A stretch of 62,054 bases of DNA, counting the filler, from Choristocarpus tenellus KU-1152 (lineage: Eukaryota; Protista; Phaeophyceae), in assembly GCA_964200185.2 (NCBI GenBank). It is 10 parts of 10 records of this genome, joined end to end, with 100 filler letters (N's around TTAATTAATTAA, not from the genome) between each part and the next. Parts side by side here need not be neighbours in the genome. Positions count along the whole stretch, not along the records: positions 12,656 to 15,378 come from CAXNAD020025300.1; positions 15,479 to 19,253 come from CAXNAD020017989.1; positions 19,354 to 32,770 come from CAXNAD020001499.1; 7 more parts are not named here. One strand, written 5' to 3'. A model generated the notes under the pieces. The model did no database searches, had not been told where the DNA came from, and saw only the letters and a list, made by a program, of their open reading frames with translations. The position numbers were made by a program, and so were the translations under genes. Position 1 is the stretch's first letter. The number at the start of each line of letters is the position of its first letter. Shown in pieces: positions 12,790-25,755 of this stretch.

Positions 12790-15326
12790 TATTGCGGCTA
12801 AATTTCAGACCAGTCTTTTCATTATCTGAAAAAGAATTACGTTGCTGCACCACAACTTCTGTTGAGTTTCCACTACAACTAGGTACAACACAGGTTACTA
12901 GACCACCGTATCGTGCCGCAACAAAAATACGCGACAATATTCTGCAATGTGTAACTGTATGGGAAAACAGGGCATTATAAAACCCTCATCTAGTCCATGG
13001 GCACCCCCTGTTACCATTGTTGCAAAGCCTGATGGATCTCCTCGATTCTGTGTCGATTTTAGAGGAACCATAAATAAACATTCGATACGTAATTCCTGCC
13101 CTTTACCATCCATGGATGAGTGTTTATCCACTTTGGAGGGTTCAAAATATTTGTCTTGTTTAGATATCCATTCAGCCTATTGGCAACTACCGATAACTGA
13201 GGAATGCGAACGACAAAAAAACTGCATTTATCACACCTGATGGGAAATATGAGTTTCAGAGGTTACCATTTGGAGTACAAAACGCACCGTGGATCTTCCA
13301 ACGCCTTATGTCTGAAACATTTTCCACTATCAGTCCTGGCTCTGGGTTGTTGGTATATGTAGACGATATTGGTTTGGCCTCTCCATCATGGACACACCAT
13401 AAACAGTTAATCAGTACAGTATTGCCAATGTTACCAGGTGTAAGGGTTACGTTAAAGCCATCCAAGGCTCAATTTGGCTCAAAGTAAATCCACTATTTGG
13501 GACATAATGTTAGTCCACAAGAAATCGCTGTATCTCAAGCTCGCATTGAAACTATTTTAGATATGCATCCCCCTCTAACAGTGAAGGCTTACAATCGTTC
13601 TTAGGTTCTATGAACTTTGTTAGAAAATATATTCCTCATCTAGCCACAGCAACAGAACCGTTAGTTGAATTGATTCGCCATACACAAAGGGGAAGTAGAA
13701 AGAAAGATGATACCACCTTGAAGCGACCAAGAAAAGACCACAATGATATCTCATCTAGATGGAATCGACCACAGCAAGCTGCTGGCTCAAAGTATCTGGG
13801 GGGGGTGGCGAGGCGGCTGTCCATTTGGGATCAATTTTTTCATGTCGCGATTTTTGAGTGATTTGTTTCCATACGTTGGATGGATAATGAGAGTGCACTT
13901 TTCCTGGTTTTGGTCCAAATGGACGCTATGGTGTAGAGCCCCCCCCCCAGATACTTTGGGTCTGCTTTTGACGAGTACAAACGACTTTTAACTATGACTC
14001 CAGTGCTACACTTTCCTGATTTTTCTGAGGAATTTTAGTTCATGTAAATGCCAGTAATGTTGGGACAGGTGCGTTTTTGGTCCATAAAAATGATGGTGGC
14101 AATTTTGATATAATTGCATACCATAGTGCCTTACTTTCCCCCTCCCAACGGAAATACTCTGCTACACAAAAAGAGTGCCTTGCAGTAATTCTGGCAATTC
14201 AACGCTAGAGACCATATATTTGGGGTAAACATTTCACAGTTATTGGTGATCATTCAGCCTTACTGTGGCTGCATACGATACAAGTTACGTCCAATCTGTT
14301 AACTCGAAGAGCCTTAGCTTTGCAAAGTTTTAATTTTACCGTCCTTCATAAGCCTGGCAGATTACATTACATCCCAGCTATGTTGTCACGTCCTCAACTG
14401 GAAGAATTATGTATGCATGAATCTGAACCAGCACTCCTAATTCCTCTATGTCGAAATGTCGGTAAAAAATACACTAATGCAAGTTTGCAAGCAAGTAAGG
14501 TATACCCTCCCTATGCATTGTCTGTGGATCGACTAGGTGAAATCACTAAAGTGGCAATGACTCTGAGCTCTTTGCAATCTCCATCAATGTTTTTCCAGTA
14601 ATTTATACGGAAGTTCTAGCCAAAGTCCAACATGATCGATTTTGGAGTATATTTTCAATACCTGGCAGACCCAAGCAATGCAACATTACCCAATAAGGCA
14701 ACGGCCTACACCATGTCATATTTTTTCACTCAAGAACGAGAGAAAAAACTTTTACTCTACCTGTCTTATCAACCTGATCATCTTCGAAAAAATTGAGAAT
14801 TTCGCGATAAGTTAGTAATCCCAACGGAAGTTCAGGGTTTAATTTTACATGCCCTACAGGACCATAAATTGCAGGCCATCTTGCTTTCAAACACACATTT
14901 GACCAGGTTCGAGATAAGTCTTGGTGGTCAACCTTACATAAATATGTGAGGAAGTGGTGTGAATCTTGCCAGTCCTGTCAAAGGCGGAAGACCACCCACA
15001 CTCTTACCCCACTACCTACAGGACATACGCCTTTCACGCGTTCATTTCAACGACTTGCTATTGACCTAGTAAAATATGAGACCATGTCAGACGGTGCAAA
15101 ATATGGGTTATCCGCTGTAGACCATCCTACAAGATTCCCAGCCTTGGTTGGTATTGCAAATAAGCAAGAAAAAACCGTGGCTAAAGCTCTTGTCGATGTT
15201 ATTTTTCCATCTTTGGTCCTCCTGAAACACTCCGCTCTGACCAAGGTAAAGAATTTGAAAATAAACTCCTGGCTGAGTTGCGTAAAGTGTATGGATATCA
15301 TAAACCAAGACAACGCTTACCAACCA
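12790..15326 (+). mobile_element. Degraded Ty3/gypsy pol (RT, RNase H, integrase), interrupted by two MITE-A insertions
   Basis: SSSPWAPPVTIVAKPDGSPRFCVDFR, LDIHSAYWQ, PFGVQNAP, VYVDDI, RNase H HVNASNVG/YSATQKECLA, integrase WCESCQSC and RLAIDLV. The RT-RH-IN order is gypsy-type. Many stops and frameshifts. Confidence 0.92.
13784..13962. mobile_element. MITE family A, complete 179-bp copy with 4-bp TSD TGCT
   Basis: TIRs ggctcaaagtatctggggggg / cccccccagatactttgggtc, with TGCT on both flanks. Removing the element restores the gypsy codons CAG CAA GCT GCT TTT GAC (QQAAFD). Confidence 0.9.
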
Positions 15327-15378
15327 GGGTCAAAGTATCTGGGGGGGGGAGGTGGTTTGTGAGGGGGCGTCAATTTCG
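15327..15378. mobile_element. MITE family A left end, inserted in the gypsy integrase and cut by a gap
   Basis: gggtcaaagtatctggggggggg directly after the integrase AYQP codons. Confidence 0.75.
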
Positions 15379-15478
15379 NNNNNNNNNNNNNNNNNNNNNN
15401 NNNNNNNNNNNNNNNNNNNNNNTTAATTAATTAANNNNNNNNNNNNNNNNNNNNNNNNNNNNNNNNNNNNNNNNNNNN

Positions 15479-18245
15479 CTCCATTCCTGTTCGCCTTTCA
15501 ACCTCCCCACCCCAGCCGGCACAACCTCCACATGCGCCCCGATTCTGCCCCCCCCCCGTCCACCTCCTCCCTTGCTTCCACTCACCAATCCCACACTAGC
15601 AAAGCTTGGGAGAAGATCAAAATCACAGGGTGGACACTGCTGTGATGTTTGAGCACCGCCTTTGCGGTCACGCCTCACTGGCAATGCCTGCTTCAGTGAC
15701 TTATCTTCCCCCCTATCCCCCCTATGACTGCTTGACGATGACCCTAGGGGGGACAAACGGCCAACCACTACCTCAAAATCTCGCCCTTTGGTTGTCACGT
15801 TGCCAGTCTTCCCATTCCCACCATGGCCACTGGTGTTGTGATGGTTGTGGTTCCTAGAAGTTGTTGAATCTGCAACGGAACGTACCTTGGACAGGCATCA
15901 GTGAGTGGCATACATGTGTTTTCAATATGTGTAGACATAGATAGAATACACACATGAAGCACGTTCAAGGGGGAGGCAGGAAAGGAAGGACATTCAAGGT
16001 GGAGAAGGGAGGGTGGCGACGGGGAAAGGGGTAACAGTCTATAGGGAAGAATTTGGTAGGGTGCAGGTGAGACTACAGGGATAACAAGGATAGATGCAAA
16101 ATACTTCAACCTAAGAGGTGGGAACCCCTCTATGCAAGTTTGAACACATAATACTGAAGATACCCTTTTCTTTGATGTAAGTGTGGGCTCATGTCATGGT
16201 GAGGTCTACTGTGCACAAGAGAAACAAGAGGGTTACCTGAGCAATTCTCACACAATTTTCACAGTAGATGTTAGCCGTTGGAGATAAGCCTATTCTTACA
16301 CTCTTATTCCCTCTACCATAGAAGAGATCACAAAAGTGGATTGTGCAGAAGAAGAAAATTAAACATAGCATGGGAGGGAGGGGGTGTGCTAGTGAAGGAT
16401 AAGGGGGAGCAAAAGATGTATGCTACACAACCTCCGGGGATTCACTTCATCTCTTCTCCTTCCAATTAGTAGTGAATTTCAAAAGCCAGCATGGTTTGTA
16501 GCTGTACCTACACATATACAGGATGCCATCCCCAGGTCGATTTACCAAATTTCTGTAGGAGCAAAACCTGAATAAGGTAACATTCACATCATAACAAAAT
16601 AATTTGAGGTAACACAACAGAGTCGGACAAGTTCCAGAACAATTATTTTACACTATATTTTTGAAGTACAAATATAAATGTATCTACGCAGATGTCTTAT
16701 CAAACCCTTGACTCCCACTGTAACAACTCAAATGTCAGATTTCATTATCAGTAAGGCTTAAGAATAAAGAGGAAGAACTACACAAAAAAAACAATATTGC
16801 ACAACACTACATTTACTTTCTACATTCTGAGTATACAGAGCGATGCAATGCAAAAGCCTCCTCCTACAAAGTATGCACTGTGCTCTTCCTATGACAAGTG
16901 TGAGGGGTCTCAGCCCTGTGGTTTGGTATAGTTAGTGTGTAGGAAAAGCATGCATAGAGACAGAACAGAAATTCTGCACACCCACCTTGGGCCCAGGCTT
17001 CTGTTTGACACTGTAGACACATGACAGAGACTTGCGCCGGCACATGTGACAAGGGTGCTCCCCATTACACTTCACCTGTCTCAAACACAAGTAATACGAG
17101 TGCAGGAAGGGCGGGGTGGGGTGGGATGGGGGGTAGGGGTGAGGCGACCAATATTTAGATTACAGCAGCAGAGACCAAGGCAAGAATAGACATGAACAAT
17201 ACCGTCAAGCTCGTGGTGGAACGGGCACAGAATAGGAAGACAGGTAAGCATTAAATTTGGCATAATGCGCCATCTCAGTTTTAATCCTTGTCAAGCAAGA
17301 ACGATTCAGGTAGGTACACCACTAGAGTGTCTTCATGATTCAGTGGTTAACAAAGCTGTTCCCGGCATGAACTTTGCAGGGTTCGAATCCTGGTGATGCC
17401 AGAATTCTCTTCATGGATATCTGGTTTTGATGATACTACTCCACATGTCAAGCACAATGGATTCTACACCTAATGCTTAATACCTACTACCTGTACTATC
17501 CTATCTCGCTATACCCTAAAAAAAAAATCTAGACCAACGTCAAGGTGGCAACATTGAGGTGAGTCCAGCAAAGGATTGAGGGAAGAGGCAAAGCAATGAG
17601 GAGCAGGATTGTTGAACCCAGCGTCCAAGAAGCAAGGCATGGACTGAGGCAGTACAATTCATCCAAGTGCAAAACTAGTTTACTGTAGAATTTACAAGTA
17701 GTGTGGCATGTAGTGCCTCTCACCATGTGTTGAGATAGTTCCCACACTAAAGGGAAAGATTAACAACTAAGAATAATGATGATAATCACAGGAACTCTGT
17801 GCGCTACATGATCTACCTGCAAAAAATACAAGTACAAATACAAGTACAACCCCCCCCCCAAAAAAAAAAACTTTGAAAAACGGCAGTAAATAAGATTTGA
17901 AAAATCCATACCGCATATTAAAAACAAGGTTAAAAGGCAGTACCATGATCCCTCCTTGCTACAATACAATATCAACGCTATGAAAACTCAGGGAAAAAAA
18001 CCCATCAAAAAATGAAAGGGCAGGCAACCATGATGATAAGAGGAACCAAACAAAACAAGATAAAATGCCCTCTCTAAACCAACTGAAATATTAAAAAATA
18101 CAGAAAAAGGAAAACTTCAGTCCCAGTCATAATCGTCAGACAAACATCACCTTCTTGCTAACACAATAGTCACAATTTCTCCTTAGGTCCTCACCCACTC
18201 CTCCCCTTCCTCGATTTGCATGCTGCCCACCCCCTCCTGCCGGGC
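15479..18245 (-). CDS. Zn(II)2Cys6 binuclear-cluster (fungal-type) transcription factor, partial at both ends
   Basis: Exons 18245-18151 and 17075-16986 splice in phase 0 to LRRNCDYCVSKK|VKCNGEHPCHMCRRKSLSCVYSVKQKPGPK (C-x2-C-x6-C-x5-C-x2-C-x6-C plus a basic GPK linker). Probable next exon from 15885 to the gap. Confidence 0.88.
17329..17527 (+). mobile_element. tRNA-derived SINE-like element or tRNA pseudogene, inside an intron of the Zn2Cys6 gene
   Basis: A-box-like tgattcagtgg, perfect B-box ggttcgaatcc, broken acceptor stem gtcttca/tgatgcc, ~115-bp body and A10 tail at 17518-17527. Confidence 0.5.
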
Positions 18246-21200
18246 CTGCAGTCTGAGAAACACAACCGATACACACAAACCACAGCAAAACAAGTAGGGG
18301 GGGGGGCAGGGGGGAGGTGAGAAGCAGAGGACAAGGTTCCCAACAACTTGTAACTACCATACGTACATCCAAATACTATGTACTATATTTTTCTTGACCA
18401 ATCAAAAATAGCAAGGAAGGAGTACATAGGATATTGGACAGAGATGGTTTTACACCTACTATGATACAAGTTAACTCAATCAAAACAATCAGGAGGCTTC
18501 AAATCGCAATTAAATCTGAATTACAACAAAATGGGCGATGCTTGAACTATACACAAAATGCTCCTCTGGCACACTGAGGAATCTACTCAGCTAGATTCAA
18601 AAGTATCGGTGGTAACTTATGGTTGATCAGGAACTGGAGGCTAGACGTAGGAACAGATGTACACTAATAGCGCTCTTTAAATATGACTGGACATGAAAAG
18701 TGCTTATTTTCTCCTATGACTTGACCCTTAGTGAAGCTGGACACTTTATCACCAAGGTGGAGTCTGCAGCAGCAAAGTAAATATAGGGTTAGGGATAGGG
18801 TCAAGGATTTGCTCCGGTTTTGAGGACAAATTGGAGAGATTCCTGCTGACCAGATACAGGGGGGGAATTGGTAGATCAGTGCAATATACTCAACAAATCA
18901 TACTGTCACTGATTTCTTTCGCAGTCAACACTGTTCTGCCAAATCCATCACTTACATATGATCTTCCCAGTCTGTAGATGAAGAAAGAGTGTGCACCTCA
19001 AGTTGCATCTCCCTACCTGCCACAGGGCTTTTTTGGTCTTGAGTCAAATAGTACACTCTCTACCACATCACAAGGATCAAATCACCAACTACAAAAATTT
19101 CAAAAGCCTTTAAGAAACAATTCTTACAGCACCGCTTTAATCTCGCTGGCAACAAGGAAATCACACCTGCACACCCTTCAAACAACTCCAACCTGCTACT
19201 GCACCACAATTTTCATCAATACAGAGAAACAATCACTACTGCCCAACCCCCCCNNNNNNNNNNNNNNNNNNNNNNNNNNNNNNNNNNNNNNNNNNNNTTA
19301 ATTAATTAANNNNNNNNNNNNNNNNNNNNNNNNNNNNNNNNNNNNNNNNNNNNGCAAGGGAAAAAAACCTCCAAAGGAACAAAACAATTTCCCCCCCCCC
19401 CCCCCCCCCCCCCCCCCCCTACCTACACACACAGAGAAACAGAGGGGTCTACCATTTATCCAGAACAAGCAAGGATTTTTTTTCTGTGCACGAGAATAGG
19501 GAAAGGATCCAATGCAATAGAACGTAATGCCTTGAAGTATATATGCATGCCACTTTGGCGTGAAGGCAATGGCCTCATTAAGAAGCACGAGAGGTGCTGC
19601 ACATTGGTAATTAGTTTTTTGTAGTACTCCTAAAAGGACCAATGATGGATGTTGATACCCTACCTCGAGCACTACAATGACTTTGGAACTAGCTTCGCAC
19701 ATCAGGGCACAGCAATGCACTCTCTAGCAGTTTTGCTGTTGAACTTGGGAGATGTGCTCTCTCTCTCTACATATATGTATATATATGTATTACGTCATGT
19801 CGTAGATAAACAATTTGCTGTTACAACCGGCTACATTAATGTAGTGCATCTATTCCTGATGCCAAACTTTGTCCATGCCCCTAACAATCATCCACTTCTT
19901 GCTGCAGGAAGCCCTACTAGTGATACAGTTTCTCTCATAAAAACCTACTCATAAGATGGTTGGGAATATCAACAGTAAACCACTCTTACCAGAAGGTAGC
20001 AGGAGTGTCAATTCTGTACAAAATGAATGGCCGTGCTTCCGAGGTCTGTGTCCCCTCTCCCGACCAGGCCGATGCTGTGACAATTTCTTCCATACTATAT
20101 CAGTAAAACTACTTGGCACTTGTGCCATGCCACCCAGAAGGCTTTCTGAGCTCACCCATTGATTGTGTCTTCTTAAATCAGAGGTTTGTGCATAGAGGAT
20201 AAAGGAGTCAGTACGCTTGAAAAAATGTTTTGTGTCAGGTCTTAGGAAAGTATTAGGATGGTGATACATAACAATGTAGACTTGTTGAGTGGGGTTTGTA
20301 TCAGAGGCGTTTTGAAGATTGCACTGTGGACATTTACTTCATTTTTCACTGATTGGCACCATGGCGTAAGAGTTTGTTTTAATTGATAGTGTGAGCATGT
20401 AAAAGTCTGCTCTCTTTATTTTTTGTAGTGCCTCGGAAGCACATCATTATTTTTTGACAAAGAAACCCAACATCAGGGGAGTCCTTCCTTCCTTCCGTAT
20501 GCTATAAAATAATAAGGGTCTGAACAAGTATACTTCTTTAGAAGGAACATTCTATTGATTCACGTTGGTACATAGAGATCTGGGCATCCTAGGTCAGGAG
20601 CAGTGGGATCTGCTGTGCCTGGACAAAGAAGGAACAGCACTGTCCACAGTGGACACAACAAATGTCAAGCAAAAGTCTTGTAAGATATCCCAACAGCTCT
20701 CACATGAAAAGGGTTCTATTAACTCGGATAGGCAAGACCGGTCTGTTCTGTTACAGCACTTGCTGCACGGTAGTAGGGTCACAGATCATTTGCCTCTATG
20801 CAACCACATCTATTTCATAATGTTCTACTATGATAAGTAGCTTGTGGAAGCCAGCGTAACACATTTTAAATTGTAGCAAAGATCGCCTCACAATCTGACT
20901 GCTTTTCATTTACATCTAATGGGGGAGACAATCGTCAACCCAAAGGGTATTCAATGAAGTGCACAGCATAGTAATCGTACTCCATTTAGCTACAATATTT
21001 TTGTGTTCTAGACCCTCAATCTGAATTTCTGAGATAGTCTCTCCATCAACGGTCTCACAGATGCTCTAGGACCCACTTCACTTTTCTCAGTTACAACTCA
21101 CAGAAAGAACATTTTGTGCTGCTGCTACAGTAAACAAGTAACAAGTTTGGCCAATCTCCTTTCCCTCAAATCGAGCCCTCACCATATCCAAGTGCCTTAA

Positions 21201-21328
21201 GGGCAATGATCCACACCTACTTCGCTTCAAAGTAATAAGTACACTAAAACACACACAAACACACAAAACACACACAAACACACAAAACACACACACACAT
21301 TCAATAAACAAAACTGTACACACAACCT

Positions 21329-23806
21329 TCACCCACCCAATGAGAGAGACAAACCCAGGGCCGGCAACAAGGCATCCGGGTGTCGGCCCTCGGTTCCACC
21401 CGTTCTCCCACCCTCCACCCCTCCAGTGAGATCCCTGGCATCTACCCTTGCCCCCAGGGTAAGCGCAACAAAAGGACTGAGAGCGTGTCGAAATGCAAAG
21501 CTGACTACCCCGTCAGAATCAGCCTTGCATCGTAGCCGTGAAGAGGGATCCACCTGCCAGGAGCAGCCCGCCGTTAACCTCTGCCTTGGCTCTTGCAAGC
21601 CATACGCCATCACCGCCCCAACTTTGACACCCGGAGGTAGGTTAGGCAGTCCAGTTGAGGCCCCTGAAGATGATCTCAAAATACTTTCCTGGTGGAAGGC
21701 GAGGTTGAGAGTAGAAAGGTTGCCTGCTGTTGCTGCTGTGGCCATCCAGCCATCACCACGGTACCCAACACACCAGCCCATGTCCACAAGGCCCGCCTTC
21801 CTGTCCTTCTCGTCCAGCTGCCACAGTAGTATCATAGAAATTGGGGGAAGATGACAGAGGGGGGGAGAGATTGCCACAACATGCATGGAGGGCAAAGTAT
21901 TACACAAAAATATATCGAAATTGAAAACAGAGATTATATTGTTGTTGGGTCTATTTCTTGTCAAGTAAGATTCAACAGACAAGTATCATATCCACATTGG
22001 GGAGCACAGTAAGGTAACAGGGGCTGTGTCACAACAAATGAAATTAAAAAAGCATTGAATTCGCTTAGCAAATCTGTGTGTATTCATATCTAGACTGGGA
22101 GAGACCTCTTCAAATATCGCATCACTATTATATTGGAGTCACCAATACTCTCATGCCAGCATCATAGACAGCAACAACCCAATCCCAAAAGAGGTGATCC
22201 CACATATCCAAGCCCAATCTGAGCCCCTCCACTCTTCTCTGGTCCTTTGACAGGTACGAAATGTACCCTGCATCACTAACACCAACAAAACATTTTTGAT
22301 CATCTTTGTGGGACAATTCTCAAGTCAATCAAAACTTCCAATCAACAATAACAAGATATCAGGAGGAGAAGAGCAACATCAAGTGTTGGTGTGCAGTGCA
22401 TCAAACTTTACACTTCTTGGACGACCTTGTACGATAGTTTGCCGTCCACTGCCCATGGCATCTGCAGAGGAGGTGCCTATGTCTCATCCTCTAGCAATTT
22501 CAAAAACTAGAGGCAAGACTTACCATCTCATTCACATGACATGAGGTGGCTGCACATACTTTTTTTTTCAGTATATACGGGCAAGCAAGTCAGAAATGTA
22601 CAACAAGGTATCACAGGAAGTCCGCCATTTTACCTCAAAGGTTCTCACCGAATCCTGGGTCAAGCTTTGCCGTTTATGACAGAGCTGGAATCATGTGATA
22701 GTCACAATGATAATAGAGACACTGACTGAAAAATGAAGGAACAACACTTATTTGTGGTATTGGCACACGCTGGAAAGAAATCAACCCCCCACCCAGCACC
22801 TGGGAGTTGAATTGCGCCAGTCCACCAGCCAAGAAGCCCCCATGTTCCATCAGAACAGATCCACCTATCTTTGGCCCATCCACAACGTCCACTTCCCCTG
22901 TGCTACCCACCACCAAGAGTATGTATGGATGCCAGACGCAATCAGTATCGTTTACGGACGACGAACACCATCGTTTATCATTCCGTCAGAATGTATTGTC
23001 GAGGAATTGGCATGCATAACTTTGAGCATGCCAAACAGTGGTCTATTGATATATTTCCGTATCCAAGAATAAAAGTCAAACCTGTTAATCCCACCCTAGG
23101 GGTGACGAACTCAATACCAAGCCTGCCGTTGGACTGGGAAGCCTTGCCCTTCTCCTGCCGCCCGTCCTCCGCGCAAACGGTCAACTTGACCCGATCGCTC
23201 ACGGACAAAGAGGCGTCAGCAAGTACGCGTCCATCGGACATCAACTGTAGGACAATGTGGTGTTAATATCAACTTTGTGAGTCATTTCAAAGAGGAGAAT
23301 AACTAACTTTTGTTGGAATGCCAGTATATACCCATAGGGACACCCTCTCTGAAACACCTGAAAGTTGTCCAGGTTAAGTCCGGACGCGATATTCAGATCT
23401 CTTGCCCCAGCTTTCGACTTGACATTCCTGCCGTCCACCTCTCCATGAGTAGTGAAGGTTAACCCATTGGCGGTCCTAGTCACCACCTCGAGCTTCTTTG
23501 TTGTCACATAGTCGTCCCTAAGGAGACCTGCCAGATCACACCATGGCAGGGGAAGGATACAGCATGGCAGGTGAAGGCTACAGAGTTGTTTTTTTGTGCT
23601 GGTGGATACCTCAATCATTGTGTCATAGACATTTATGAGACGAGCTAGTAGTTCACACAACTAAAGATCAAGGACGCATGGTAGTATAGAGTTGCCTTCT
23701 AATGAGAATATGACCTCAGATATTGTGTTTAAGGACAGTAACTTGTAATGAGAACATGAGTGTTCATCTTACCATGGATATCGGATTCAATATCCTTGAA
23801 AAGCAT
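21329..23806 (-). CDS. VDAC: Voltage-dependent anion channel (eukaryotic porin), divergent, 5 exons, ~317 aa
   Basis: Exons 23806-23773, 23527-23358, 23244-23082, 22897-22800 and 21817-21329 are in phase. N-terminal FKDI..DI.GLL.DDY helix, alternating beta-strands, LRCKADSDGVVSFAFRHAL, LTLGARVDA and a C-terminal LGLSLSL beta-signal. A possible extra 5' mini-exon starts at ATG 23903. Confidence 0.88.
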
Positions 23807-25755
23807 GGGAAATGGACTAAAGACGGATGTCGTTAGAGATAATACCAGTTGCGCAAAGAGTAGTCTTGATCTACTACGTTCCCTTCGTGGACCTCAAATC
23901 CATTTTGGCGTACCTCTAACATGTACTATATAGTATAATTGTACAGCAAAACTGTATATCTGGTTGGAAAAAATAATATAAATTACAATTGGTTGTACAT
24001 TCTAGGTAATATCAATTATCCTCCCCACATAAATGAGTTGGTTTGACGCCCTCATTTCGCCAGTATCCCTAACAACAGGTATTATATTTTCTTCTCAAGA
24101 AATATCACTTGGCCAACTATATGGGGAGGATGGGTACGGGTACCCCTATACCTTATCTTGTAACCATATACCCATGCAAAGATCTGGATCGTGCTGGCGA
24201 AAATTCGTTATTATGGAGAGAAGGAGTACGCACCGGATCCAATGGAGAACACGGGAGTGACTGGGGTTAGGAAAAGTTGAATCCCAACATTGGGAGGATA
24301 AATTGAGGTACCCAAACAGTAGTAGTGCAACTAGTTGCAGTGCAACAGATAGTTTGTGGAATATTGCAGTGTGCAATGACATAAAGGGGCTGGGCTAGGT
24401 AGGGTGGAGGTATGATAGTTGTACTGTAGAAGAAAACTGCCATTTGAGTGCTGGTCAAGGGACTGGGTAGGGTGGAGGTGGTGGAAGGGGCGAAGAAGTT
24501 CCTAGACTAAAAGTGAGCAAATATCATCAAAAATACAAAACATTGATCTTAATTCACCAAAGAAATAACGTAACTACCATGTAACAAAAGAGCTGTGAAC
24601 TAAAAAAGAATTTACAACTACGATTAAATCAGGTAAAGAAAAACATCCATTAAATGAATTGAACTACTACTAGTGTATTTGTGTTTAGTTGGGGCAGATA
24701 GGGCGTCGTGCGTAGGTCTCCCGATGACGTCCTGATGTTAAAACTCCATGATGACCTACACAGGTCTCACTATCTATCTCAAGTCCCATGAAGGAGATTT
24801 GAATGAAATATGTTTCAGACGAATATCATTATTATGTGTATACATAATTGTTACTATGTGACCTGTAACATGTTTAGTGAGCATGTTAAACAGATGGAAA
24901 CAAGCTGACAGGTTCTTCTTAATGAAGGGGAGCGGGAAGACTCACAGGAGGCAAGGAAAAGGAGAGAGACAAGAGGGAGAGCAATTCCTCCAGAAGATCA
25001 ATCGGGAAAGTAGTGAACAAGTGGTAGGTGAATGAGGGGGGGTTGTAAGGTCCCCTCAAACTACCCGTTCTTCAAACAGATTTTACCTTCAACATGCAAG
25101 AACAGATCTCCTATGAATATCAGATTCTTCAAGATAGGTTACCTTCAGGGTATACCTTCTTTGGAAGATAGCTCTCACAAGTAATCTTACTTCTACTTGA
25201 ATTGTGATAGAATTAATCGAACAACCGAACTTTTGCAGTTCAGTCATTTGGTAGTCCTGATCAATCGAACTGAAACTGATAGAACTACTACTATGGATTT
25301 CCAATTGGAAAGAATAAAGAAAATTTGGGAAAGTTTATCAGATATGGGTATTGACTTCACTAAATAATAATAAATTACCCTTCAAATCCTGGAACAGTCG
25401 TAGAGAAATTCAACCCTCTCTGTATTGTTTCAACCCTTACAAAATTGGTTTATTTCTGGTATGTATGGGGAATGACTTCGAGTTCTGTTGTTTCTGTTTG
25501 TAGAGACCTACTATAGATTGAACCAAACTTGGGGTCAAGGTAACGGTGTGGTCAGCTTCCTATATATAAGGTCCATCTTTTCTACCCCATTTTTTCTCTC
25601 ATTCTTTACTCCTCACAAATTCTCTCCATTGTAGATTTTGATATTGAGGTGGTGTAGAAGTTTGTGCTTCAATTTGACTACCACAAGTGAGTGAAGTGGA
25701 CAGATTGAACGGTGTCGAGCTAGTTGGAACTTCTCGGGCACGCGCCTCGTGAGAC

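Noticed and set aside
17329-17401. Functional tRNA gene
   Set aside because: Acceptor and anticodon stems do not pair properly and there is no oligo-T terminator; kept only as SINE-like.
24600-25600. Possible decayed retroelement between VDAC and the UBA-UBX gene
   Set aside because: Only short protein-like stretches and no diagnostic motif.
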